DNA of 64,000 nucleotides from a virus. The stretch is from positions 1 to 64,000 of the IMG/VR virus record IMGVR_UViG_3300034374_005671; one strand, written 5' to 3'. The notes beneath the pieces are model-generated. The model did not search any database, was not told the DNA's origin, and saw nothing but the letters and a program-made list of their open reading frames with translations. Below, one piece after another: positions 35,830 to 48,300 of this stretch; positions within the stretch are counted from its first letter, which is position 1; every line of letters begins with the position of its first letter. The position numbers were made by a program, and so were the translations under genes.

Positions 35830-38800
35830 ATGGCTACAGCTTATTCACAACCTTTACAGTATACACCTTACCAGGAGCAATGGAATAAAGAGCTTCTGGC
35901 TAAGGCTTTGCAGTATAAGCAAGATAAATATGATACAAACAGGCAAGTCATAAAAGAGACTATTGCTCAAGTGTCTAACATCGACTTGATAAAAGACCAA
36001 GATGCTGAATATCTATACGACAGACTGCAAACAGTAGTTAACAACTTAAATACTCAAGGTACAGGTGACCTCTCTCTAGATTCTAGAGCTGATTACCTAA
36101 CAGGGTATGTTGCTGATGTGGCAGACCAAAAAGTAATGAATGGTTACATTGGTACTAGGGCATACAGAAACGTAGTTGCAGAGCACGAGAAGTATAAAGA
36201 AACAGGAGAAGCTTCTGATTTAAATTTATCTTATTCTTTGCAAGATATTAGTGCTTGGGCCAATGATGGCCAAATCGGAAGCGCATTACCTGCAGGAGCA
36301 AATACATCCTATGTAAAGTTTACTGATTTATATGAAAAATACCAAGAGGTAGCAAAAGCTTTACAACCTGATTCATATGTGGTGTTTGAACAATTTGGTG
36401 GAAGCGGATTCACATGGTACAGTCAGGAAGGTCTAAGACTCGATAAAAATAAATTAGTTTCTGCTTTTAATTTAGCTACAGAATCAGACCCTGCCATCCA
36501 AGACCAGTTAAGAGTAAATGCTTGGGGAGCAAATTTAAATGTTAGTGATGCAGATTTCATAGCAACTTTTAAAGAAGATGGAGCAAGAGAAAAAGAAGCT
36601 ATTGGTAGGTACATCAATAGACTAAAAGATGCTAAAGCTAAGAGTGTCAGTTCGTCTGAAATGGCCGAGTTGGATGCTAACATAGCAATATATGAAGAGC
36701 AAGTTAAGCAATATGATGAAGCTCTTATGATGACTGACGAACAGATACTAGCAAATAAAGAATCATACCAGTATCTTTCATACAGAAGTTCTTATTTTAC
36801 TGACTTGGCAGGAGTATTTTCATATGAACAAATGGAAGCACCTAAATTAGTAACAGACCAAGGTGCACTAGAAATGTACAAACAGCAGCAAGCAAACGCT
36901 AGAAACAGAGCTAGAATACAATCAAAAGAAGATATAGCTAGGGCAAAAGCAATTGTCGAAGAGGATAAAATGAGAATTGAAGATGAAAAAGCACTTAAAG
37001 CCTTAGCTATAGAGATACTTAAGGAAGAGGATACGGATATACAAGAGGGAATGTTACGATTCAATCAAGATTTAATTGCTCGTAATCCTGAATACGCTGC
37101 TAAACTAAATTTAGTTACAAACTTTGAAAAGAAAGAACCTAGATTAACCCTTGAAGAAGCTGCAAGTGAATACAATGTAGATTTAGTGGCTGTCAGTGAG
37201 GGAGATTACTCGACTATAGCAAGTGCTATGGGGGAAGGTGCAGTCCTTCCCGAGTTTGAAAGCCCCCAAGAGGCAGCTGCTTTTTTAGTAAGTCAGGCTA
37301 ACATAGCGAAAGGGTTTGACAACACTAACAGTTACGACCCAATGCTTGATGCTTATCTTGCAAACGGAATGATATCTCAAAAACAATATAATGAGATGAC
37401 AGCTGGAGGTTATTCAAATTTAACTCCAGATGAATTCCAACAACTATTCAACCCTATAGAAACAACGGCTGGCGTTCAAAACTTACAATTTGACGACATG
37501 ACTGTCACAACTGATGATGGTGGGCAGGAAGAACTCAATACCCTAAATATTCAGACTAAAATAAATGAGTTCTATGGTAAAAACGATGTGATAGAAGAGC
37601 AAGCCAGAAAAGAACTTGTAACAATATATGGGGAAGAAAAAGGGAATAGACTCTATAGAGAATTGGCAGGACTGGATAATATGTATTACCTTCGAATTAT
37701 TGGAAAAGATACAGACGGTAGCAATATTATTCAAAAAGAGTATGCGACCTACGACAAAGACGGCAAAATAGATATAAAATCCACGGAAGCTGATTGGGAT
37801 AGAAATAATTATCTTTGGAATGAAAATGCTAATGAACCAATGTATTATAAGGACCTAGGTACTAATGATATTCGTGCTATGGTTAATCCAGCCGCATTAA
37901 CTGGTTATAGGCAGGACATACCCGAGGAACAAGTATTTGCAGCTGCTGACAGGTTATCAACTTTAATGACTCAGTATTCCGTAAACGAGCAAACTATAAA
38001 TCACTTAGTAAATGCAAGGGATGGAGTGAGAACAGACTTTCGTTCCATCGCTGACGAGGCAGCAGACAATATCATAGATAATAAATTGAGTTTTTTAATT
38101 CATAACGATAAAGGAGGGTCTTGGAATGCAATGTACAATGAGGATGAAGACTTATGGTTTATTGAGGGTACATGGGATGCGAAGAATATGAGACCACTAT
38201 CCATAGGCGAGGAGGGTGTAAGAAGAAATCTTAGGAATAAACTAGGTCCAGGTAAAATGCCAGGTAAAGAGTATTCTTGGTGGAACTTTACAAAATGGGG
38301 CACATCAGAGGCAGGTACAGCTGACTATATAGAAACATATGATATAGGCACATGGGGGGCCACAAACAAAAACAGAATCAGTTTGGAAGCTAATAATGAC
38401 CAAGCAGAGAGAATCGTATTAGATAACGCCCTACTTCTAACAGCACCTAAAGAGAGTTTTTCTCTTGCAAGGAACAATGAACAGCAGTATCTTAGCTCAA
38501 TTATAGCAGCCAACCAATCTAATTTTGAACCTATAACTGCATCTGATATCGCTATGCTTGGTGAAGGCCAAAATTTACAACTTAAAACAGGAGTTAAGGA
38601 CGAAGGCGACAAAACAGTAGTACCTGCTGCTTTAGGACGTTTCACGGCCCTTACTGATGGTGCAGTGATAGACCAAACAATAAAAAATAATGTAGGAGCT
38701 ACAGAGGACAATGCAGCTACTACAACAGCTATGGATGGTAACGCAAGTATAATTACTACTGGCGGTTACCACTATATTATAGCGGGATATGATACTCGAA

Positions 38801-39381
38801 ATAAGGATGAAGTTAGCGTGATAGGGGGTAAAATACCTGTAGGGGCAATAGATTACTCGCAACCTAACCCTTTTCATGGTACATTACAAAATCAAATTAC
38901 TGCTGCAAAGACTGCAGAAAACAACTACTATATGGAAAGGGTAGTGGCTAATAGACTGGAGTGGGATGCGGAGACTCAGACAGGAGAAAGATATATTGAA
39001 CCTTTGGACAGAGCCCAACAATATTTTTCTCCTAACTTTTCAGTCGATGGTGTTAGTTACACTGCAGAGCTTAACCAATCAATTGAAAGGGTAGGACCCA
39101 ATGATGTAGATTACGGATTGGTTGTAAAAGTTAACAAATTCACTACTGATGAGAATGGTAATAAGGAGCCCCATATATTCCAAGGAGGGGAAGGTAATGA
39201 AAATAATATTGACTTTATATGGACACCTCTTGATGCGAATGGAAATCCTTTAACATTTGATACACCAAGTGATTTTCAATTGTATATTCAAGAAAATTAT
39301 AACGATGAAACAGCTCCTCTTGCTTTTGCATCAGCTATAAATGCATCAAACGAAGTACCAACAACAATAAACAAACCTTAA
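35830..39381 (+). CDS. Large putative ejection/cargo protein
   Basis: 1183 aa; N-terminal Y.P...L.KALQYKQDKYD helical region; lies before the giant genes. Confidence 0.6.
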   Translation: MATAYSQPLQYTPYQEQWNKELLAKALQYKQDKYDTNRQVIKETIAQVSNIDLIKDQDAEYLYDRLQTVVNNLNTQGTGDLSLDSRADYLTGYVADVADQKVMNGYIGTRAYRNVVAEHEKYKETGEASDLNLSYSLQDISAWANDGQIGSALPAGANTSYVKFTDLYEKYQEVAKALQPDSYVVFEQFGGSGFTWYSQEGLRLDKNKLVSAFNLATESDPAIQDQLRVNAWGANLNVSDADFIATFKEDGAREKEAIGRYINRLKDAKAKSVSSSEMAELDANIAIYEEQVKQYDEALMMTDEQILANKESYQYLSYRSSYFTDLAGVFSYEQMEAPKLVTDQGALEMYKQQQANARNRARIQSKEDIARAKAIVEEDKMRIEDEKALKALAIEILKEEDTDIQEGMLRFNQDLIARNPEYAAKLNLVTNFEKKEPRLTLEEAASEYNVDLVAVSEGDYSTIASAMGEGAVLPEFESPQEAAAFLVSQANIAKGFDNTNSYDPMLDAYLANGMISQKQYNEMTAGGYSNLTPDEFQQLFNPIETTAGVQNLQFDDMTVTTDDGGQEELNTLNIQTKINEFYGKNDVIEEQARKELVTIYGEEKGNRLYRELAGLDNMYYLRIIGKDTDGSNIIQKEYATYDKDGKIDIKSTEADWDRNNYLWNENANEPMYYKDLGTNDIRAMVNPAALTGYRQDIPEEQVFAAADRLSTLMTQYSVNEQTINHLVNARDGVRTDFRSIADEAADNIIDNKLSFLIHNDKGGSWNAMYNEDEDLWFIEGTWDAKNMRPLSIGEEGVRRNLRNKLGPGKMPGKEYSWWNFTKWGTSEAGTADYIETYDIGTWGATNKNRISLEANNDQAERIVLDNALLLTAPKESFSLARNNEQQYLSSIIAANQSNFEPITASDIAMLGEGQNLQLKTGVKDEGDKTVVPAALGRFTALTDGAVIDQTIKNNVGATEDNAATTTAMDGNASIITTGGYHYIIAGYDTRNKDEVSVIGGKIPVGAIDYSQPNPFHGTLQNQITAAKTAENNYYMERVVANRLEWDAETQTGERYIEPLDRAQQYFSPNFSVDGVSYTAELNQSIERVGPNDVDYGLVVKVNKFTTDENGNKEPHIFQGGEGNENNIDFIWTPLDANGNPLTFDTPSDFQLYIQENYNDETAPLAFASAINASNEVPTTINKP

Positions 39382-39386
39382 TTAAT

Positions 39387-42300
39387 ATGGCTGCTGATTC
39401 TTCACCAAAATTTAAATTAGGTCAAAGAACTGCTAACATTACTCCACAAGAGGTAAAACAGCAATCAAGGCCTTCTTCTGCCGCTTATAACACTGGTATA
39501 ACTAAAGTAGATAAGTCTACTTATAATGCTGACCTTATAAGGAATACGCACTTTATAGACCCTTTTGAACATTATAAGCCAGTAGGTGAAAATATGTGGG
39601 CATCTCGATACCCAAATTATAGACCTTATTGGAGTGAGGACCAATGGGCTGAAATTCAAACTTCCGAGGAAGTCAGAAGAAATATGCGTAAAAGAGCTTG
39701 GGATGGATTCTGGGGGTCCTTTGCAGGTGGTTTTAAAAATACAAGTGAAAATATAGGAAACGTCCTTGGCCGTGATTTAGGAGGTCTTATAGTTAGCGAT
39801 GCAGGTAAGAAGGCAGGGGAGCGTATGGCAGCTGAAGAAGTTTTATATCCTATTTATACATCTAGAGAAATGAGGCTTGAAGATGCTAAGGCTGACCCAA
39901 GTATAGCAAGCTCATTTATGAAGTATATGCCAGGGGGAGCTGACCCAGGAAGAAGATGGGCACAATTAGGTGCATCATCAGGTTTTACTCTTGGTACACT
40001 AGCCACTGTGGCGGCTGAAGAACTTGCATTAGGGGCTTTAACTTCATTCACAGGTGGGGCAGCAGCTCCTGCTGCGGCTGTAAGAACAGGTAAAAATCTC
40101 AATAGATTAAGGAAGGCTTTTAAGACAATGTTCTCTAGTGGAGGTGATTTTCTTAAAACAACAAAAGCCTTAGCCGCAACAAAAAATGTAGCAAGAGGTG
40201 CAAAAGCTTTAGGCAAGGGAGCACTTTACACAGCTAGAATGGCGAATCTAGCATCTTATGAAGCTTCAATGGAGGCGGGTATGTGGATGGCTGAGTCTAA
40301 AGAAAATTATATTAGAGACTACATGGCTGAAAACGGAGGTGAATTACCTTCTAACGAAGAATTAGCAGAAGCATACGAGAAAATAGAAGAGGGAGGTGAT
40401 TTTTTGTTTACATACAATATGCCTTTACTCACAATGTCTAATCTCATAGTTCTACCTAATATTATTAGGCCAGCAATCCCTTTTAAATTTGGAACAGGAT
40501 TTATACCAAAAACACTCTTTAGAGGAGGTAAGTATAAAGCTTTGGGAGATGTGGTTAAAGAAGGGATGCAAAAAACGATGGGAAAAAGGCTCGGAGGGTT
40601 CGCATTCGGAACGGCAAGACTCACTGGTAAAGTAGCTAAACTAGCAGGCTCAGAAGGTTTTGAGGAAATGGCTCAGGGTATTGGGGGAGAAGCAGCTTCT
40701 AGTATGTATGACCCTGTTAACGGTGAGTATGCAGACACCCTTATGGAACAAATATCAGTTATTGGTAACGCTGCGAAAGAGTCAATGGGCTCTGGTAAAG
40801 GTTGGGATGAATTTGTAGCAGGGGGTCTTATGGGTCTTGGTTTTGGTGGATTTGGAGCAGTTAAGACTATGGTCACTGGGGGGAAAAGCCAACTTCAACA
40901 AAATAGAGAGACAGCTGCTGCAATGAATGCAGCTATGGATGATTTCATACAAGCCACAATGTTTAGTGCTGATAATATCAATGGTGCGACACAAACACAA
41001 ATACAAGCAGAGATATTAAAGGCAGAACAAGAAGGAGACACTAAAAGAGTAAAAGATTTAAAAAATCAAGCAAGAGCTTCTCTTTTCATGACTATGCATA
41101 GGTCAGGTAAAGGTAAAGACTTCGTTAATGATTTAATGGAGCAAGTAGAGATAATGCAAGAAGAAAACCCCGAAGGTGTGGAACTTCTTCTTAATGGTAA
41201 AACTATAGAGGAGACCAAGTTAGAACTCCAACAACAGTATGAGCAGTACTCCAAGGACATGGATATGTACACGAGTGCCTTTGGGATAAACGAAATGACT
41301 GACCCAAATGAGTACAGTGCTACATATAACGCAGCACATTTTCTCGCAGCTTCAGGAACTAAACTTAGAGATGGGCAGGCAAGGGTAGAAAACCTAAGAA
41401 ATGACTTAGCTAAGGAACTTGCTGAGAGCGAAGACGGTAAAGATGCAGATAAAACATTTAAGATAAATGAGATGTTTGAGGTCCTCATGGACCCAACAAA
41501 GCTTCCAGCCGCTATAAGCAGTGTGTATAATTCTTTAGAGACAAACAAAGAGATTCTTAAGAATTCTACAAATGAAGCTGAAAAGAAAGCTTTACAGGAA
41601 ACAATTGATAAACAAGAACAATACTTGTTTGCTCTCAATGCAATAAACAAGCAGGTATTTGATAAGAATGGTAATATATCAGATAACTATGATTCTGCGG
41701 AGGCTATAACGACCATCTTAAATCAGATGCAAAAGGTAGCTCCTTCTGCTGTTAATGAATCTTTCAGGCAAAAGGCTAAAGACCTTTTAAAAATTAACGC
41801 AGAAAACCAAAACATCACCTTCTTCCAAAACGTATTGACAGACCCTAAAGCTCGTGAAGCATACGCATCGAAATTTGTTGAGGCTCGTGAGATTGCCCAA
41901 GCAAAAAACGCTCTTAAAAAAGCTAAGGCTGGTAACAGAATGGTTAGGGGTGTAGACACTGACTTGGCAAATGCTGATAGCATGACAGAGCAAGAGTTTG
42001 ACGAAGCTACAGGTGATGCACAGTTTTCTCCTCAAGACATAGATTTAGTTCTATCTAAACTAGCTTCCATAAAGCAAAATCGTTTTACAGGTAAATACGT
42101 AGTAAATAAAAAGAAGTACGATACTTTAGAAGAAGCACAAGATGCAGCCTTAGATTCTTTACCAATACAAGTCAAAGAAAAAGCTGCCCCTTACAAAGAA
42201 GCATTTAAGAAAAGAGCTAACGCTATTGCTCAGTCTAAGCAAGACCCTAAAGCAGTAGAGGCTGCACAGAAAAGAGAAAAGCCTTTAAGAGATAGAATTA

Positions 42301-45300
42301 AAAGAGCAGAGAAGAAGCAACAAGCCGCTGACGTTGTCCGTAGAGGAGGTGGTAAAACTGTCGCACAGACAGAGTCTGCTTTAAAAAAGAACCAAGAGGC
42401 TCTTGCAAAAACAAAGAAGGACATTAAGGAAGCTCAGACTGAACTAAACCAAGCTACAAAAGCAGTAGAGGCTGAGAATAAAAAGAAAAAGAAAGATGCC
42501 GCTAAATTAAAAGAGGCTAAAGAAAAGCAGGCTAAAGCTAAAGAGAAGGTTGCTGAGTTAAAGCAAAAACAGTCTGATTTAAATAAAGCAATAAAGGCTG
42601 ATACGCAGTATTTACCTGAAATTAAAAAAGTTGAAGAAAAGCAAAATGCTATTGCTGAAGCTAACAAAAAAGGTGACTTAGTAACAGAGTTATCAGCTAT
42701 ACAAGATTTAATTAAAGCAGCATCCACAGGTGAAGTTATATTAAGCAAAGAACAATTAGCCAATTTAGTTGCTAGACGATTGGAAATAGAAAATCAAGGT
42801 TATTCAGTTGAAGCTCCTACTGTAGGACAGGTTATGACGGAGGAGATGGACAACAGTTATGATGTAGAAGAGGTTGTAACTGAAGACTTACCAGAGGGAA
42901 TGTCTGTAGTTAAAGAGGTTAAGCAACCCAAAGTATCCTATCAAACCGAAGAAAACGCAGACCCCGAGGTAAAACAAAAGGGTAAAGTAGTTGTAGCTAA
43001 AGGTATAGGTAATAAAGAGAACTTCAAAGAGCTTGAAACTCAAGAAAAAATAGAAAAAAACGCAGCGGAAAATAACAATCCTGAAGGACAAAAAGCAGCA
43101 CAAGAAAAAATACAAGACGAAAAAGAAACCATTGCTGCTAATTATATGTCCAAAGAGGAAGAAAAAGCTGAAGGAGCAGAAGAAAAATCTATTAAAGAAA
43201 AGATAGACACCGAGACTCCTCTTACTGAGCAGGAGAGAGTAGAACGGGATGATAAGTTAGCAGCTAGATTTAAAAATGCAGAAAATTCAGGCCCAAAAAC
43301 TCAAAATGAGGTAGACAATGATGCTACTCGTTTATCAAGACCACAAACCGAATCTTCTAGAGGAGTCCTTGGTTTGGTATTTGATTATGCCATCATGTCT
43401 CTTTACTACGGTCAAAATCTAACAGGATTTTTATCAAACTCAGCCAGCAGCAACCTCCAAAAACTATTTGGAGGATTGAGAGAAAAAGGCAAAACTCAAG
43501 GTAATGTAAGTATTGCTGTTATAAAACTAAACGATTCACTTATCCCTGAGTCTGAGATTTTAATAGACTTGTCAGAGAATGGTAAAGACAAATTACCTAA
43601 AAACGCTACAGATAGAGACATCACAAGACTGTCAAATAGAATAAATAAAAAACTAGAAGCAGGTGAAACTGTAGTAATAAGAGACAGCAAGAATAGACTT
43701 ATCATTATTAATAGAGGTCTAAACACAAGGCCGTTTCTACAAGCAATTGAGCAAAAGTATAGCTTATATAGAGATGCTTATACTGGTTTAATCAGGGAGG
43801 GAAGTGCTAATGGTAAGATATTTGGTTCTAATTTTAACGAAGGGCAATTCACAGAACAGTCTAAACAAAGACTCGGGCAACTTAGAATAGGTGATGAAGT
43901 ACAATTACGTATCCCTAATAACGAATACAATCAAAACCTCATTGAGCAATATCAAAGAGGCGAAATAACCCAGAGAGATGTATTTGCCAATATGGCTATA
44001 GAGATAGTAAGCGATGGGCATGTAGTAGGTCTTATACCAGGTTCTGAGAAAAATAGTACGTATGAAGTAGAAAGATTCCAAAGAGCTGAACAGCTAAGAG
44101 CTAAAGTGTTTGGGGGTAAAAGCAAAAAAGCTATCGACTCCGTAGTTTCCAAAGTAGGCAAAAGAACAACAGGCTACTTGGCAGGTAAAGTTGAAGTGAG
44201 CCAAAATTTTGTTAAAAGAGCTGGTAAACGTAACCCAGCACAAGACCAAACAGGACAAACAAACACCGTTTTTGTAGGTCTTGAACAGTTTGAACAAGAC
44301 CTAGCTGACAGCGGTGCTAATGTTACTGTAGAATACTTTGTAGGTGAGGACCCTTACACAGCCGTTGATGCTAATGGCAAAAAGATAGGAAATAAGGAGG
44401 CCAACAGAGAAAATTCACCTTTTAGAAAAGGTGCAGTATATATAAAAGTAACAGACAACGCTACACAACAGACACTCACTGTACAAGCAGTCACTCCTAT
44501 GTTTGATAGTGCAGGTAATCCTGTTGTGTCGCCTATGACCTATAATCAAAATGATTTAAAGTCTGAGGCGTTTAAACAAGAACTTTCTACAAATTTAGAC
44601 GGCTCTACAGGACAGCCTATCATATCAACTCAGATATTTGTAGATGGTAAATCATTCTCTTCTAATACCAATGAGACTAACAAATCAGAGACTGTATCCG
44701 ATAAATTTGGAGAAACTCAACAGAAAGGTAACGTAACTGTGGTGCCTGTAGGTGGTAAGCCTGTTCCTGTTACAGGTGCATCTATAGATAATGAAACAGA
44801 TACTTTCAAAGGAGAAGGCCCTGATGGACCGATAGAATTCCCATTAGCTAAGATAGAGGACTTCGCTCCTTACAAAGAAACTAATTCAGCTGCAAGACCT
44901 AAAAATGCTCCTCAAACTTCAGCAAGAAAGCAAGCTGATGAGGCGTTAGCCAGACTACGAAGAATAACTAAGCCAGCAGAAGTTATAGATAGAAGTGCAG
45001 TGCAAGCGGCAGCAGAGATAGTTAAAATAGAAAGACTAGTAGAAGGAGGTCTTCAGTTAAATGAAGATGAGCAAAAAATACTAGATAATGCCAAAGCAGG
45101 ACTTAAAAACGGGGGCTATAGTATAGAGACTAAAATCGAAGGAGAGGTATTAGATAAAGTGCCTACCAAAACAGAAGCAGTTACAAAGTTAGAAGAGGAT
45201 GATACTCTTCCTGAAGGTGTTGTTGTAGTTAAGAAAGTCAACAGACCTGCTGTAACTAAGGGTGGTAACCTAGTAAGTGGTACAGGTAGCAATACAGGTA

Positions 45301-48300
45301 AACCTAATTATACTCTTAGAGTAGGTACAAAGAAAAATACTGAACACGCTGAAAAGAAAGCAGAATTAAAAAGAGAACAAGACAGACTTGCTGCCCTCGA
45401 AGAACAACAGAAGAAACAACAAAAAGAATCTCCTAAGACTAGAACGGTTACTCAAGAAGAAACAGATGCAGCTATAAAAGAATTAGAAGATAGCCTTAGT
45501 AGTTTAAGTTTCCGCACGGGACTTGAAATTAACGAAATTGAATATGGTGGCTTTAGACCTTCTATTACTGTAGGAATTGAAACAATTACTGATGAAAATG
45601 GAAGGGAAACTACCAGAGAATATGTAGGGGATGAAGCTATTGCTGAGGCAAGGGCAAGGGGTATCTCACTTAGAATAGGTAATAAACCAGCACACCTAAA
45701 AAACACCGTACGAACATTAGAAATAAACGGTAAACAATATAGAGTTTTCGGAGAGTTCTACCCAGATGGGACAGTCATATATAATGCTAGTGAGTTAGAT
45801 GCTGCTGGAATACCAATCGCTGACCTTTCTGCGAGTGAGTTTAATGAGTTAATGGCTAGTCAGGAAGTAGAAGAAATAACTCCTGAAGCAAACGTCCCTA
45901 CTGCACAAGAACAAGAAGTTGTAGAGCAAGCAAAACTTGCGTTAGAAAAGAAGGACCCAGAGACTGGTCTTACTAAGCAACAAACATTAGAAATAAAGCA
46001 AGGACAATTAGCTGCCGAAGACCCAGGTAGTGCAGATGCAAAAATTCTTGAAAAAGAGATAGCAGGCCTAAAAGAGGCGATTGCTGTTCAAACATATAAA
46101 ATCAATTATCCTGCAGCTCATATCATACAACTTCAACTAGTCAAGGAGCGACTTAGATTAGAAAAAATAAGAGAAAAAACAGCTGCAGAAAAGAAAAGAT
46201 TATCAGAAGTAAATAAGCTTATTGATGAGATGGACCCTGCTACAAGGGAACAGGAGATAGCAGACAAAAGGTTTGCCAATCGAAAATCTCCTACCGCTAA
46301 ACAAAAGAAAGCCCTTGATGACTTAACTGTAAAATTAAAAGAAAAGTCTAAAGAGCAAAAAAGAAACGGTGAATTTGCTGAAAGATTAAACGATAACAAA
46401 AAGAAAATTAAAGAATTATTCCCTGACCTTTCTGCTGTTGCCGATAATCTAGTAAAATCAAAAGCAAAACCTGCTGTCAAAAAAGCTGAACCTAGAGTAA
46501 CTGCTGAACAAATTGCAGCTAAGTCAGACCGAGTAAATCAGCTACAAGCAGAGCTTGCAAATATAGAGAAAGAAATTGAAAATAACGCTGTTGCACAGGC
46601 AAAGGCTGATAACTCAAACGCTTCTGAGGTACGACCTTCTAGTAAGAATAAAGCTATAAAGAATGCAAAAGAAGGTAGCGAAGCTATTGATGTTAAAAAT
46701 GATACACTCCAAGAAGAGTTAAATCAAGTTAATGAAGAGTTAGCCAAAGCTAATAAAGAGTTCAAGGAAACATCCCAGAAGGTAGCAGAGTTAGAACAAG
46801 AAAGACTAGAAGCTCTTGAGTCGGTACCTGAAGGTGAGAGGGGTGCTGTTGCTAAGGTAGTGGAAGACACCGTAACAGGTTCAGTAGAAGGCACACCTAA
46901 AAACAGACAAGTAGCAAAGAACAATTCTGCTGCTATAGAGAGAATGTTACAGGCTGAACAACAACTAAGTGAAGCACGTAAAAAACTTTCAACTCTTAAG
47001 AAAGAAAGAGAGGCACTTAATACTCAAAAAAATCTAAACACTCAAGAAGGTCTCACCCTCGAAGAGCAACAAAAAGTCACTGAAGAAAAGAATACAGAAC
47101 GTGTTGCAAGACTCAACGAGAGGCAAGAGCAAATTTCTAAAGAATTAGCTGATAAGAAAAAACAAGCGGCTAGTGTATCAGAGGAGCAGGAAAAAGCTTT
47201 GAAGGCTGTAGAGAAAAGAGCAAACAAAGAAGTCACTCTTGAGGAAATTCAAGAAGAAATAGATAGCTTAGAAAATACTGAGTCTGGATTAATTAGAAGG
47301 GTTAACGATATTTTCGAGCAAAGCGTAAGCGTAAAAGAAGTAGCTAAAAAACTAAAAGCACTTCAAGGTCCCACAAATATTGCTGACTTCTTTACTGATA
47401 CACACAAGAAAAGGAATCTTGAGTTAAGTAAAAGAAACGGAAAAGACTTAGTTAGACAGATAGATAAGAGACTCAAAGAGTTAAAGTTAGCGAAGCAAGC
47501 TTTGGAAATCAAAAATTCTCAAGAGAACCAAGAGATTCAGAAGCTAGAACAAGAATTTGATAATAATGCAAATGATTTAGCAGCTGCAGAGGGTGCAGTA
47601 GAAGCATTGAATCAAGAACCTTTAACTAATGAGGAAATACTTGAGGAGGTAGCTGCAATAGAGAATGAGGAAGAGATAGAGGCTCTTAATGAGGAGTTGT
47701 CTAATTCTGAAAGAGAAACCCCTTTAAGTCCTTACGAAATCTTTGATTTACATGATTCTGCTACGGTAGAAGAGGTACAACAGAGATTTGTGCAAATTGT
47801 GAATGAAAACAACTTCTTTGATGCAGATGTCAATACAAAACTAGAAATACTTCTTGCATATAAAACTCTTCTTCAAGAGAGAGGTGCTGCTGCCCAAGCG
47901 ATATCTTTAGATGAACTTCTAAAAAGAGACGATTCTAGACAAGCAAGATTAGATGCCGTAGATGTTCAAGAAACTGTTGCAGCTAAACAGGCTTACATTG
48001 TTCAATATGGACAAGAAGGAGATGTATTTACAATGCCTGATGGTACAACATACACTGTATTGTCAAGGAATGAGGAGGAAGACACTATTACGTTGTCTAA
48101 AGAAGGATACAACCCTATCGTTGTTTCTATATCAGATGGCACCTTAGCAGCATCAGAATTAGAACTAGATAGACAAGATGTGGAGGAGAATCCTCCTACA
48201 GATGCGGAAATCATGCAACTCCTAGAAAAATTATCACAAGGTATTCAACTATCTCCAAGAGAAAACGCCACTATGATAGTGCATAAAGAAAGAATCAAGG